Source: Octopus bimaculoides (taxonomy: Eukaryota). From it: a stretch of 64,000 nt of DNA. The stretch is from assembly GCF_001194135.2 (NCBI RefSeq), contig NC_068981.1, forward strand, positions 166,215,181 to 166,279,180, read 5' to 3'. Numbering within the stretch: the first letter of the stretch is position 1; the number at the start of each line of letters is the position of its first letter. A program made the position numbers and the translations under genes. The notes beneath the pieces were generated by a model. It did not search any database, had not been told where the DNA came from, and saw only the letters and a program-made list of their open reading frames with translations. This document shows positions 63,320 through 64,000 of this stretch, in pieces.

Positions 63320-63490
63320 CAGTATGGTTGCCTGTTTTGCCTGAAGTGGCAGCTAAATCCCCTCAAATCACACCATTATCACATATTGAATAATTAGTTC
63401 TAGATATATAAAAAAAGATGGGATGGTCACAGTTGGAATGCCTTTGATCACATTCGTTTGCTGGATTGGCTTATATACAGGTTTAACAAT
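63320..63490 (+). repeat. Dispersed repeat family D (tagcagccaaatctccctcaaatcacacc...ggatggtca.gctggaatgcctttgatcat)
   Basis: About ten diverged copies in the window, e.g. ~499-575, ~14200-14350, ~14675-14790, ~15880-16270(-), ~16620-16800(-), ~35580-35800, ~49585-49690(-) and ~58930-59120(-). Probably a SINE fragment. Confidence 0.65.
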
Positions 63491-64000
63491 AGCAACGAAT
63501 ATATGTATGTCGAAGAAAAAGAATGATTTCTAATCTGGGCACTTGGTCTCACATTTGGTGGGAGTATATATTCAGTAATATTGACCCCCAGAACATGACT
63601 GGTACAATTTTATCAATCCTGCAACAATGAAAAATGAAGAAGACTTAAAAGAGAACTTAAATTCTGAATGAATAATCATACTACAAAGCTTGGCAGTCTT
63701 GGATTAATCTAAAGCAAAGATAAAAGACACTTACTCAATAGGCTGCATAGTGGGATTGAACCAAGATCTTGGGATTGCAAAGTGAACTTCTTAACCATTC
63801 AGCTATATTGTATCCACAAGCAACAATTGAATCAAGATCTTAGTAATTTTTGTTTTGCTTAGTTTAGTCTAGTATCTTGTTTATTCTAATTATTTGTTGA
63901 TTACCTTAATTGATACTTTGACGGACACTTTAAAACTAAGATGTTTTAATATAATGAGTTTTGAATTAGCCTTTGATAACCAGAGCTTCTAATAAGATGT

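Overview
AT-rich, microsatellite- and retroposon-dense animal DNA with several N gaps. The repeat families look like octopus (cephalopod) SINE/RTE families; this is recognition from memory, not a search. One protein-coding gene is supported: the 5' end of a choline transporter-like gene (SLC44A2/4/5, CTL2-like) on the + strand. Its four coding exons (2380-2437, 42710-42758, 59252-59325, 60772-60850) splice in frame to MCGNTDEEDTTDSGYSSKFGPPITYDPTFRGPVKSRNCTDVFCCILFVICIASMIGVSVFGFIHGDPRRLLYPTDSRGNICGYGEFV..., and the gene continues beyond the window. Exon 1 lies ~40 kb upstream of exon 2, next to a CCAAT/E-box/Inr promoter. Almost everything else is intron containing TE remnants: Gypsy Pol, CR1/L2, RTE (several, two near-identical), R4/Dong, Penelope GIY-YIG, Helitron, Tc1/maT, a full-length decayed mariner, piggyBac-like and hAT-like MITEs, and many SINEs. 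None of the ORF-track entries is a complete gene, and the long X-rich ORFs are gap artefacts. The most unusual non-catalogue signals are: (i) a duplicated intronic hairpin with H/ACA-guide geometry whose pocket is complementary to a conserved 28S rRNA site; (ii) a CpG-decayed minimal hammerhead ribozyme at the Penelope 3' end; (iii) a foldback element with head-to-head telomeric repeats; (iv) several long inverted repeats in the pre-mRNA; and (v) an unexplained stop-poor, intron-containing antisense segment at 4.9-5.7 kb.
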